Shown: positions 26,997 to 35,020 of the stretch, one piece after another | Layout of the letters: each line of letters starts with the position of its first letter | Numbering within the stretch: the stretch's first letter is position 1 | NCBI GenBank assembly: GCA_963732005.1 | Contig: CAVSXT010000005.1 | Coordinates: forward strand, 2,057,315 to 2,121,314 | Origin: an uncultured Acidobacteriota bacterium | Lineage (GTDB): Bacteria; Acidobacteriota; Thermoanaerobaculia; Multivoradales; UBA5704 | Reading direction: 5' to 3' | DNA: 64,000 bases | Translations under genes and position numbers: made by a program | The notes under the pieces: generated by a model | Database searches by the model: none | What the model saw: the letters and a program-made list of their open reading frames with translations, nothing else | Told to the model about the DNA's origin: nothing

Positions 26997-28372
26997 AGCG
27001 TCGCCTCGCCCTGGCGGCGCTCGGGCTGGCGGCCCTGGCGGCGCTCGCTGCCACCCTGCCTTCGGTGGCCCGCCTGGGGCGGGCAGGGGCGCCCGGCGGG
27101 CCCGGCGGGCCGGCGGGAGGGTTGGTGGATGGCGTTGGCGCCGGCGGCGGTGGCGTGCCGGTGGCGGCGGTGGTGCGGCGCGACTTCGTCCATCTGGTGC
27201 CGGCCGAAGGCAACCTGCGGGCCGTACGCTCGACGGCGGTGCTGGTGCCGGCGGCGGCTCCGGGCTCGTTCCGCCTCGCCTGGCTGGCGCCGGACGGCAG
27301 CCGGGTGCGCGCCGGCGAGGTGGTGGCGCGGTTCGATCCCACCGACATCGAGAAGGCGCTCGCCGACGCCGAGGGCGATCTGGCCACCTCGCGGCTCAAG
27401 GCGGGCAAGCAGCGCGCGACCGATCTGGCCGAGATCTACAAGCTCGAGCGCGACGCGGCGATGGCGCGCAGCGAGCTCGAACAGGCCAAGCGCTTCCAGA
27501 AAAAGGACACCCTGATCTTCTCGCGCAACGACATCATCGAGTCGGGGATCGACGAGGAGCTGGCGGCGCAAAAGGAGCAGCATGCGCGCCATGTGCAGGC
27601 CAGCCGGCAGGAGCTGCAGCGGGCGGACGTCGGGTTGCTCGGCGTGGACACCCGCCAGGCCGAGCTCAAGATCCGCCAGGCGCGCGAGGGCCTGCGCGCG
27701 CTGCTGGTGAGGGCGCCCAACAACGGGGTGCTGATCCTCAAGCGCGACCAGCGGCTCGAGGTGCCGCACGTCGGCGACCAGGTGTGGACCGGCAGCACCC
27801 TGGCGGAGGTGCCGGAGCCGGCGGCGATGGAGGCCGAGGTCTACGTGCTGGAAGCCGACGCCGGCGGGCTGGCGGCCGGCCGGCCGGCGACGGTCGCCGT
27901 CGAAAGCGCGCCCGGCGTCGAGCATGCGGCGCGCATCGCGCGCGTCGATGCGCTGGCCAAGCCGCGCCTGCGCGGCTCGCCGGTGCAGTTCTTCGCCGTC
28001 ACCCTGCAGCTCGATCGCACCGATCCGCGGGTGATGAAGCCGGGCCAACGGGTGCAGGCGACGCTGCGGCTCGCCGAGCGGCGCGGTGCGCTGGTGGTGC
28101 CGCGGCAGGCGGTGTTCCAGCGCGATGGCCACGACGTCGTCTATCGCCGGCGCGCCGGCGGCGGCTTCGACGCGGTGCCGGTGACGCTGGGGCCGGCGGA
28201 CCTGGCGACCACCGTCCTGGACTCGGGAGTCGCCGCCGGCGACCTGCTGGCGTTGCGCGATCCGACCGGCGCCGGGCGGTCCACGGGAGCGGCGGCGGCG
28301 GGGGCGGGGGCGGCGGCCGCACCGCGGGTGCCGCGCATCGGGCCGCCGCCGGCGGAGGTCGGGCTGCCATGA
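26993..28372 (+). CDS. HlyD-family periplasmic adaptor 3
   Basis: ATGA overlap with adaptor 2. Same architecture; paralogous to adaptors 1 and 2. Confidence 0.8.
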   Translation: MKRRLALAALGLAALAALAATLPSVARLGRAGAPGGPGGPAGGLVDGVGAGGGGVPVAAVVRRDFVHLVPAEGNLRAVRSTAVLVPAAAPGSFRLAWLAPDGSRVRAGEVVARFDPTDIEKALADAEGDLATSRLKAGKQRATDLAEIYKLERDAAMARSELEQAKRFQKKDTLIFSRNDIIESGIDEELAAQKEQHARHVQASRQELQRADVGLLGVDTRQAELKIRQAREGLRALLVRAPNNGVLILKRDQRLEVPHVGDQVWTGSTLAEVPEPAAMEAEVYVLEADAGGLAAGRPATVAVESAPGVEHAARIARVDALAKPRLRGSPVQFFAVTLQLDRTDPRVMKPGQRVQATLRLAERRGALVVPRQAVFQRDGHDVVYRRRAGGGFDAVPVTLGPADLATTVLDSGVAAGDLLALRDPTGAGRSTGAAAAGAGAAAAPRVPRIGPPPAEVGLP

Positions 28373-28406
28373 GGCGCCGCCGCTGGGCTGGCAGGAGGCG
28401 GCGGCG

Positions 28407-29657
28407 ATGAGCCCGGCCGAAGCGGTGCGCTCGGCGCTCGAGAACCTGGCCGCGCACAAGCTGCGCTCGGTGCTCACCATGCTGGGCATGATCTTCGGCG
28501 TTGGCGCGGTGATCGCCATGCTCTCGATCGGCGCCGGCGCCGAGCGCCAGGCGCTGGCGATGATCGAGCGCCTGGGCCTGCGCAACGTGCTGGTGCGGGC
28601 GAAGGCCTTCAAGGACGACGAGCTGCAGGAGATCCGCCGCAAATCGCCGGGGGTGTCGGCGCGCGATGCCGCCGCCATCGCCGAGGCGGTGCGCGGCGTG
28701 CGCCTGGTGGCGCCGCGCATCCGCATCGAGCCCTATAAGGTGCGGTCGGCGTCCGGCCGGGCGCCGGGGGCCGAGGTGTACGGGGTCAGCGCGGCGCAGG
28801 CCGAGCTCTCGCACCTGGTGGTGGCCGAGGGGCGTTTCCTCGATCCCCTGGACGAGCGGCAGCACGCCCAGGTGGGGGTCATCGGACCGGCGGTGCGGCG
28901 CGAGCTCTTCGGCTTCGGGCCGGCGCTCGGCCAGCGGCTCAAGATCAACGACGTCTGGCTCGAGGTGGTGGGGGTGCTGGCCGGCGACGAGGGGGCCGCG
29001 GGCGCCGCCGGCAGCACGTTCGAGGGCGTCGCGGTCGGCTCGGTGGCGCACGAGATCTACCTGCCTGCCGCCACCGCCGAGCGGAAGTTCGAGCATCCGG
29101 TGCTGCAGTCGCCGCTCGACGAGATCGTGGTCAGCCTGGCGCCGGGCACCGGCGGCGGCGAGGCGGCGTCGCTGATCGACGATCTGCTGGCGCGCCTGCA
29201 CGGCGGCGCCGCCGATTACGAGGTGGTGGTGCCGGAGGCGCTGCTGGCGCAGAGCCGGCGCACCCAGCGGCTGTTCAACCTGGTGATGGGCTGCATCGCC
29301 GGCATCTCGCTGCTGGTGGGCGGCATCGGCATCATGAACATCATGCTGGCGACGGTGCTGGAGCGCACCCGCGAGATCGGCGTCCGCCGGGCGGTCGGCG
29401 CGCGCCGCGGCGACATCCGCTTCCAGTTCGTGGTCGAGTCGTTCGCGATCAGCCTGATCGGCGGCCTCACCGGAGTGACCGCCGGAGTGGTGATCGCCCG
29501 CGTCGTCGCCGCCTTCGCCGGCTGGCAGACGGAGGTGACCGGCGCCTCGATCCTGCTGTCGACCGGCGTCGCCATGACCGTCGGCCTGGTCTCCGGCATC
29601 TATCCCGCCACTCGTGCCGCCGCCCTCGACCCGATCGAAGCCCTGCACTACGAGTAG
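28407..29657 (+). CDS. ABC transporter permease, FtsX/MacB-like (permease only, no fused ATPase)
   Basis: AGGAGG followed by ATG. An N-terminal TM helix, a large periplasmic domain and a C-terminal FtsX 3-TM bundle (LERTREIGVRRAVGARRGDI). Confidence 0.85.
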   Translation: MSPAEAVRSALENLAAHKLRSVLTMLGMIFGVGAVIAMLSIGAGAERQALAMIERLGLRNVLVRAKAFKDDELQEIRRKSPGVSARDAAAIAEAVRGVRLVAPRIRIEPYKVRSASGRAPGAEVYGVSAAQAELSHLVVAEGRFLDPLDERQHAQVGVIGPAVRRELFGFGPALGQRLKINDVWLEVVGVLAGDEGAAGAAGSTFEGVAVGSVAHEIYLPAATAERKFEHPVLQSPLDEIVVSLAPGTGGGEAASLIDDLLARLHGGAADYEVVVPEALLAQSRRTQRLFNLVMGCIAGISLLVGGIGIMNIMLATVLERTREIGVRRAVGARRGDIRFQFVVESFAISLIGGLTGVTAGVVIARVVAAFAGWQTEVTGASILLSTGVAMTVGLVSGIYPATRAAALDPIEALHYE

Positions 29658-29797
29658 GCGGAGCGCGCGAAATCCGGCCTGTGGAGCAGCCCTGCTGCGA
29701 GCGCCTTGAGCACGGCGCGGGTGCGATCGCGCACGCCGAGCTTGGCGAGGATGCTGGAGACCTGGCCGCCGGGCGCCCGTGACATCATCATGCGTGC

Positions 29798-31183
29798 ATG
29801 CGCGAGCCGACTGCGCGACCCTACGACGCCGTGGTGGTGGGGGCCGGAATCTCCGGGCTGGCGGCCGCCTTCCGGCTGGTGCGGGCCGGCCTGCGGGTGG
29901 CGGTGCTCGAGGCGTCGTCGCGACCGGGAGGCGCGCTGCTCACCCACGAGACGAAGGGGTTCCGCTTCGAGCTCGGACCCAACACGGTGCTCGAGAGCGA
30001 TCCGAGCCTGCCGGCGTTGATCCGCGACAGCGGCCTGGAGGGCGAGCGCGTCGTCGCCGCGCCGGCGGCGCGCCGGCGGTGGGTCTGGCACGGGGGCAGG
30101 CTGCGCGAGCTGCCGGGCGGACCGCGCGCCTTCCTGCTCAGCCCGCTGTTTCCGCCGGCCGCCAAGCTGCGGCTGCTGCGCGAGCCCTGGGTGCCGGCGC
30201 CGGCGGTGGGTGGGCAGGACGAGGAGACGATCGCCGCCTTCGTGCGGCGCCGGCTGGGTGAGGCGTTCCTGGAGCGGGCGGTGGGGCCGTTCGTCTCCGG
30301 GGTCTTCGCCGGCGATCCCGAGCGGTTGGCGGTGCGCTGGGCGGCGCCCAGGATCGCGGCGCTGGAAGCCGAGCACGGCAGCCTGATCCGCGGCGCCCTC
30401 GCCCGCCGCAAGGGCGCTCCGCGGGCGCCGCGAGGGGCCATGGTCTCGCTGCGCGGCGGCCTCGAGCAGCTGCCGCGGCACCTGGCGAGAGAGCTCGGCG
30501 TGGTGCGCTATGGGATCGCCTGCCGGGGGGTGCGGCGCGACGGCGAGCGCTTCCTGGTCGAGCACGCCGGCGGTGCCGTCGGCGCGCGGCGGGTGCTGCT
30601 GGCCGTCCCGGCGGACGTAGCGGCGGCGCTGCTCGCGGAGGTGACGGGAGGGCGCAGCCGGCTGCTGGCCGAGATCCCGTATGCCGCGGTGGCGGTGGTG
30701 GCGGCCGGTTACCGCCGCCAGGACGTGGCGCAGCCGCTGGACGGCTTCGGCTTCCTGCGCGCCCTGGGCGGCGGTGGCGCCGGCCTGCGGCTGCTCGGGT
30801 GCCTGTTCACCTCCAGCCTCTTCCCCGACCGCGCGCCGGAAGACTGCGTGGCGCTCACCGCGTTCTTCGGCGGCCGCACCGACCCCGAGGCCGCCGCCTG
30901 GAGCGACGAGCGGCTCGGCGCCGTGGCGCAGGAGGAGCTCGGCCGCGCCCTGGGGGTGCGCGGCCAGCCGCTGGCGAGCGTCGTGCGCCGCTGGCCCCGG
31001 GCCATTCCGCAATACGAGCTGGGACATGGCCGCTTCGTCGCGCTGCAAGCCGAGCTCGAGCGCGACCTGCCGGGCCTGTACCTGGCGGGCAACTACCTGC
31101 ACGGCGTCTCGGTCGCCGATTGCGTGCGCGACGCCACGGCCCTGGCGGCGCGGGTCGCCGCCGGCGGCGCGGGCCGGGCCTGA
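29798..31183 (+). CDS. hemY: Protoporphyrinogen oxidase (HemY/PPOX family, FAD-dependent)
   Basis: N-terminal [16 protein letters not shown] and the family-typical C-terminus ...[16 protein letters not shown]. Confidence 0.8.
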   Translation: MREPTARPYDAVVVGAGISGLAAAFRLVRAGLRVAVLEASSRPGGALLTHETKGFRFELGPNTVLESDPSLPALIRDSGLEGERVVAAPAARRRWVWHGGRLRELPGGPRAFLLSPLFPPAAKLRLLREPWVPAPAVGGQDEETIAAFVRRRLGEAFLERAVGPFVSGVFAGDPERLAVRWAAPRIAALEAEHGSLIRGALARRKGAPRAPRGAMVSLRGGLEQLPRHLARELGVVRYGIACRGVRRDGERFLVEHAGGAVGARRVLLAVPADVAAALLAEVTGGRSRLLAEIPYAAVAVVAAGYRRQDVAQPLDGFGFLRALGGGGAGLRLLGCLFTSSLFPDRAPEDCVALTAFFGGRTDPEAAAWSDERLGAVAQEELGRALGVRGQPLASVVRRWPRAIPQYELGHGRFVALQAELERDLPGLYLAGNYLHGVSVADCVRDATALAARVAAGGAGRA

Positions 31184-31233
31184 GCCTGGACGGAGCGGGG
31201 AACGGGCCGGTTCCGGGCGAACGAGAATCAGGG

Positions 31234-31623
31234 TCAGTCGGTCCAGATCGCTTGGCTATAGTGCCGCCGGATGGCATCGTCCTTGGTGAGGAGCGGCGCC
31301 GGGCGCACGGCCGCCTGACCGACCAAAAGGCGATCGAATGGATCGCGAGTCCACGACTGTTGTATCGCCGCTGCGATCACCTGGGGAAAGGGCAGATCGC
31401 AGATCTTCAGGCCGATCTCCCGGTTCAGGGCCGCGACCACCTCACGGCCAGGCTTGACAGTACGCTGAATCTCGAACAGGTACTCGAGCTCGAGCTCGAC
31501 TGCAGGTGAGATCATGAGCTCGCTGGTGTCGAGCAACCGGCGCACAGCGGCAGGCAAGAGCTCGAGGCGACCCGCGAACAGCCAGGCCACGACGTGCGTG
31601 TCGAGATAGATCAGGGCCGCCAT
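31234..31623 (-). CDS. vapC: PIN-domain toxin (VapC-like)
   Basis: N-terminal MAALIYLDTHVVAWL PIN motif. 129 aa. Overlaps the upstream antitoxin gene. Confidence 0.8.
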   Translation of the reverse strand: MAALIYLDTHVVAWLFAGRLELLPAAVRRLLDTSELMISPAVELELEYLFEIQRTVKPGREVVAALNREIGLKICDLPFPQVIAAAIQQSWTRDPFDRLLVGQAAVRPAPLLTKDDAIRRHYSQAIWTD

Positions 31624-31832
31624 TCGCCGGACCAGTCGAGGTGCACGAGATCCTCAGGGGCAGCACGCAGATAGTCTCGCGGTGTGAGGCGCTCGATCCT
31701 GCTCGGCGGCTCCTCGCAGACGATCTTGAGCAGCTTGCCCCGCCGCTCGATCTCGACCGGCACACCGGTTTCCAGTACCTGGTCCAGGATGCGGTAGATG
31801 TTCTCGCGCAGCTTCGAGGCCTTGAGTCGCAT
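31611..31832 (-). CDS. Phd/YefM-type antitoxin
   Basis: MRLKASKLRENIYRILDQVLETGVPVEIERRGKLLKIV is typical of Phd/YefM. ATG at the complement of 31830-31832. Confidence 0.75.
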   Translation of the reverse strand: MRLKASKLRENIYRILDQVLETGVPVEIERRGKLLKIVCEEPPSRIERLTPRDYLRAAPEDLVHLDWSGEWRP

Positions 31833-31925
31833 GGGTAGCAGGTTATCTTGATCTCGTACGTTTGTCAATCGAAGTACGTACGATTCGCTGGATTAGAGGG
31901 GTGGGCGCGCCCCGCCAGGCCCCGA

Positions 31926-34691
31926 TCAGCGAAGGCGGATTGCTGAAGAGGTGCCGTGGGAATCCGCCGCGCCGCCGGCGAAGGTGCCGGCGAGGCTGGT
32001 GGCGCCGCCGGCCAGGCGCCAATTGAAGGTGCCGCTGACGGTACCGTGTGGTCCGCGCTCGACGAAGCGCAGCCGCACCTCGCGGCCGTCGATCGAGCCG
32101 GTCAGGTCGACCGGCGCGCGGGCGAGGAGCTGGCGGCCGTCCACCGCCCACCGCTCGCCCTCGCCGCTGATGCGGGTACCCTCCTGGCGCAGCGCGATGC
32201 GATAGGTCACCTGCAGGCCGCGATCCTCGCCGAGGCTGGTCGGATCGACGCGGTTGGTGACCTCCCACCAGCCGGCGATGTCGCCGGGAGCGCCGGAGGC
32301 GCCGGCGCTGCCGGCGCCTGGGGCCGGCGCCGGGGGCAGACCCTGGCTGGCGGCGCCTCCTCGCGGGCGGCCGGCGGCTGGCGGCGCGGTGCCTTCGGCG
32401 GCCTGCGGTCGCTGGTCGTCATCGCCGTCCGCCTGGTCGCCCGGTGCCGCGGCGGCCCCGGGCGCCGCAAGGGGCACGGTGGCGGCGGTGGCGGTTCCGG
32501 GTTCGCCGGGAGAGCCTACACCTGACCCCCCGCGCTGGTCGCCGGCCTCGGTGTCGGTGTCGGCCTCGGCCGCCGGCGCCGGTCGCGTCTGGTTCCACTC
32601 CACGGCGGGGGTCGGACCGCCGGCGCCGGGACAGGAGGGGGCGGGACCGAGGCCGGCGAGGAACAGCTCGCGTAGCGGCGGCTCGCCGCCGGCAGGGGCG
32701 CAGCCGTCGTCGAGCGCCAGTCCGGTGGCCGGATCGATCGGCAGGGAGGCGACGCCTGCCGGCGGTTCCCACCAGGCGGGCGCCTGGCGATTGGCGTAGA
32801 GCCGGCTCATCAGGCGCCGGAAGACCGGCGCCGCCAGCCGGCCGCCGGTCGCCTGGTTGGCAATCGGCCGCGGCTCGTCGAAGCCGATCCAGACGCCGGT
32901 CACCACCTCGGTGGTGAAGCCGATGAACCAGACGTCGTTGCCGGCGGTGCTGGTGCCGGTCTTGCCGGCGGCGCGCCCGGCGAATCCCGGCGGCAGGCCA
33001 GGCGCGCCGCTGCCGCGGATCAGCGCCTCGCGCAGGGCGTCGTCGAGGAGGTAGGCGACCGCCGGATCGAGTACCTGCCGGCGGGTGGGCGGCGGCGCGG
33101 TCCACAGCGTGGTGCCATCGGCGCGCTCGACGCGGAGCACCGTCCGCGGCGCGACCTGCCAGCCCAGCGTGGCGAAGGCGGCATAGGCGGCGGTGAGCTC
33201 GAGCGGCGCCACCGAGACCGTTCCCAGCGGCATCGAGGGCTCCCGCGGCACCGGCGCGGTGATGCCGTCGGCGGCGGCAAGCGCGGTGATGCGGTCGTAG
33301 CCGACGGCCTCGGCCAGCCGCACGGTGGGCACGTTCTTGGAGCGCGCCAGCGCCTCGCGCAGGCTCACCCGGCCGTCGAAGGCGCCGTCGTAGTTGCGCG
33401 GCTCCCAGGTGCCGCCGCCGGCGAGCGGCACCACCAGCGGGGTGTCGGCGATCTGCTGGCTCAAGGGGTAGCCGCGGGCCAGGGCGGCGGCATAGACGAA
33501 GGGTTTCCAGGCGCTGCCCGCCTGGCGCCGGGCGTGCGCCACACGGTCGAACTGCGAGGTACGGTAGTCGCGGCCTCCGACCCAGGCGAGCACGTCGCCG
33601 CTGGCCGCCTGGAGGGTCACCACCGCGCCCTCGAGGTCGCGATCCTCGTCGGCCTGGCCGCCGGCGGCAGCCGCGGCGCGCGAGAAGCGTCCGAGCTTGC
33701 CGGACTCGATCGCGTGCAGCTGGCGCTCGAGCTCCTCTTCGGCGGCATGCTGGGCCGCGAGGTCGAGCGTCGTCCAGACCCGCACCGGAGTGGTGTAGAG
33801 ACCCTCGCCGAAGCGCTCCTCGAGCTCGTGCCGCACTTCGTCGACGAAGTAGCGGGCCACCAGCGGTCCCTGCTGCGCGTGCGCCGGCGGCGCATGGACG
33901 CCGAGCGGCTCGCGCGCCGCGGCGGCGGCGAGCTCCGGCGCCACCCTGCCCTGCGCCGCCATGCGCGCCAGCACCAGGTTGCGCCGCGCCAGGGCGCGCT
34001 CCGGATGGCGCCGCGGATCGTAGCGGCTCGGCGCCTTGGGCAGCGCGGCGAGCAGCGCCGCCTGTGCCAGGTCGAGCCGCTCGGCCGGCCGGCCGAAGTA
34101 CTGCCAGGCCGCCGCCTCGATGCCGCGGGCGCCGTTGCCGAAGGAGATGTGATTGAGGTAGAGCTCGAGGATCTCGCGCTTGCTGAAGTGGGCCTCGAGC
34201 TGTTGCGCGACGCGGATCTCGAGCAGCTTCCTGGCCGTCGTCCGCTGCTCGCCGGGGATCTCCTGGGGGTAGAGGTTGCGTGCCAACTGCATGGCAATGG
34301 TGCTGAACCCCTGCGCGAAGCTGCATGCGCGCAGGTCGGCGGCGAGCGCGCCGGCGACGCGGCGCCAATCGACGGCGCCGTGATCGAGGAAGCGCCGGTC
34401 TTCGATCGCCACGAAGGCGGCCGGTAGGTGCGCGGGCAGGGAGGCCAGGCGGACCTCCTGCAGGTCGTCGCGGTCGAGCGTCGCGATCACCTGGCCGTGC
34501 CGGTCGAGCAGCAGCGGCGCGCCGCCGGGCCGGAAGGCGGCGAGACGAGCGGCGTCGGGGCAGCCGGCGAAGTCGCAGGTCTGCCAGGCGGCGCCGCCGG
34601 TCAGCGCCAGCGCGTAGCCGATGGCGAGCGCCACCGCCAGGGTGCGCCGCAGCGCCGGCCGGCGGGCCACCGGTCTCCAGATCGCGTCCAT
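31926..34691 (-). CDS. Class A penicillin-binding protein (PBP1A family transglycosylase/transpeptidase) with a roughly 230-aa C-terminal extension
   Basis: GT51 motifs (FVAIEDRRFLDHGAVD, RKLLEIRVAQQLE) and transpeptidase motifs (SAWKPF, SRN-like, KTGT). The start is ambiguous (ATG at 34691 or the ORF start at 34751). Confidence 0.85.
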   Translation of the reverse strand: MDAIWRPVARRPALRRTLAVALAIGYALALTGGAAWQTCDFAGCPDAARLAAFRPGGAPLLLDRHGQVIATLDRDDLQEVRLASLPAHLPAAFVAIEDRRFLDHGAVDWRRVAGALAADLRACSFAQGFSTIAMQLARNLYPQEIPGEQRTTARKLLEIRVAQQLEAHFSKREILELYLNHISFGNGARGIEAAAWQYFGRPAERLDLAQAALLAALPKAPSRYDPRRHPERALARRNLVLARMAAQGRVAPELAAAAAREPLGVHAPPAHAQQGPLVARYFVDEVRHELEERFGEGLYTTPVRVWTTLDLAAQHAAEEELERQLHAIESGKLGRFSRAAAAAGGQADEDRDLEGAVVTLQAASGDVLAWVGGRDYRTSQFDRVAHARRQAGSAWKPFVYAAALARGYPLSQQIADTPLVVPLAGGGTWEPRNYDGAFDGRVSLREALARSKNVPTVRLAEAVGYDRITALAAADGITAPVPREPSMPLGTVSVAPLELTAAYAAFATLGWQVAPRTVLRVERADGTTLWTAPPPTRRQVLDPAVAYLLDDALREALIRGSGAPGLPPGFAGRAAGKTGTSTAGNDVWFIGFTTEVVTGVWIGFDEPRPIANQATGGRLAAPVFRRLMSRLYANRQAPAWWEPPAGVASLPIDPATGLALDDGCAPAGGEPPLRELFLAGLGPAPSCPGAGGPTPAVEWNQTRPAPAAEADTDTEAGDQRGGSGVGSPGEPGTATAATVPLAAPGAAAAPGDQADGDDDQRPQAAEGTAPPAAGRPRGGAASQGLPPAPAPGAGSAGASGAPGDIAGWWEVTNRVDPTSLGEDRGLQVTYRIALRQEGTRISGEGERWAVDGRQLLARAPVDLTGSIDGREVRLRFVERGPHGTVSGTFNWRLAGGATSLAGTFAGGAADSHGTSSAIRLR

Positions 34692-35020
34692 GAGTACATG
34701 CAGGCGTCGCCCGCTCTCGCGCAGTCGTAGGTCTAGCCATTGCCGGTCCATGAGACGGGGGTAGAAGCAAAGGTTCTGCCAAGCGGGCGCAGCGCACCTC
34801 GGCCGCCTCGCGGTCCGGGTGCCGCGGCGAGCCCGCCGCGCGGCGAAGGCCGGCCCGGACCCGGGTGGCGCGGCGCCGGAGCGGAGAATGGATCAAATTA
34901 CATCCTTGCGGCTTTCAATCGATGCAAGCTTTCTGAGCCGGCTATGGCGGCGCGCCGGCGGCGGGAGCGTCTCGACCGCAACGTGATGGGTGGTACAATC
35001 CGCGCCGCACTCCCGAACCC

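Noticed and set aside
29648-31102. 484-aa minus-strand ORF
   Set aside because: It is antisense to the protoporphyrinogen oxidase gene.
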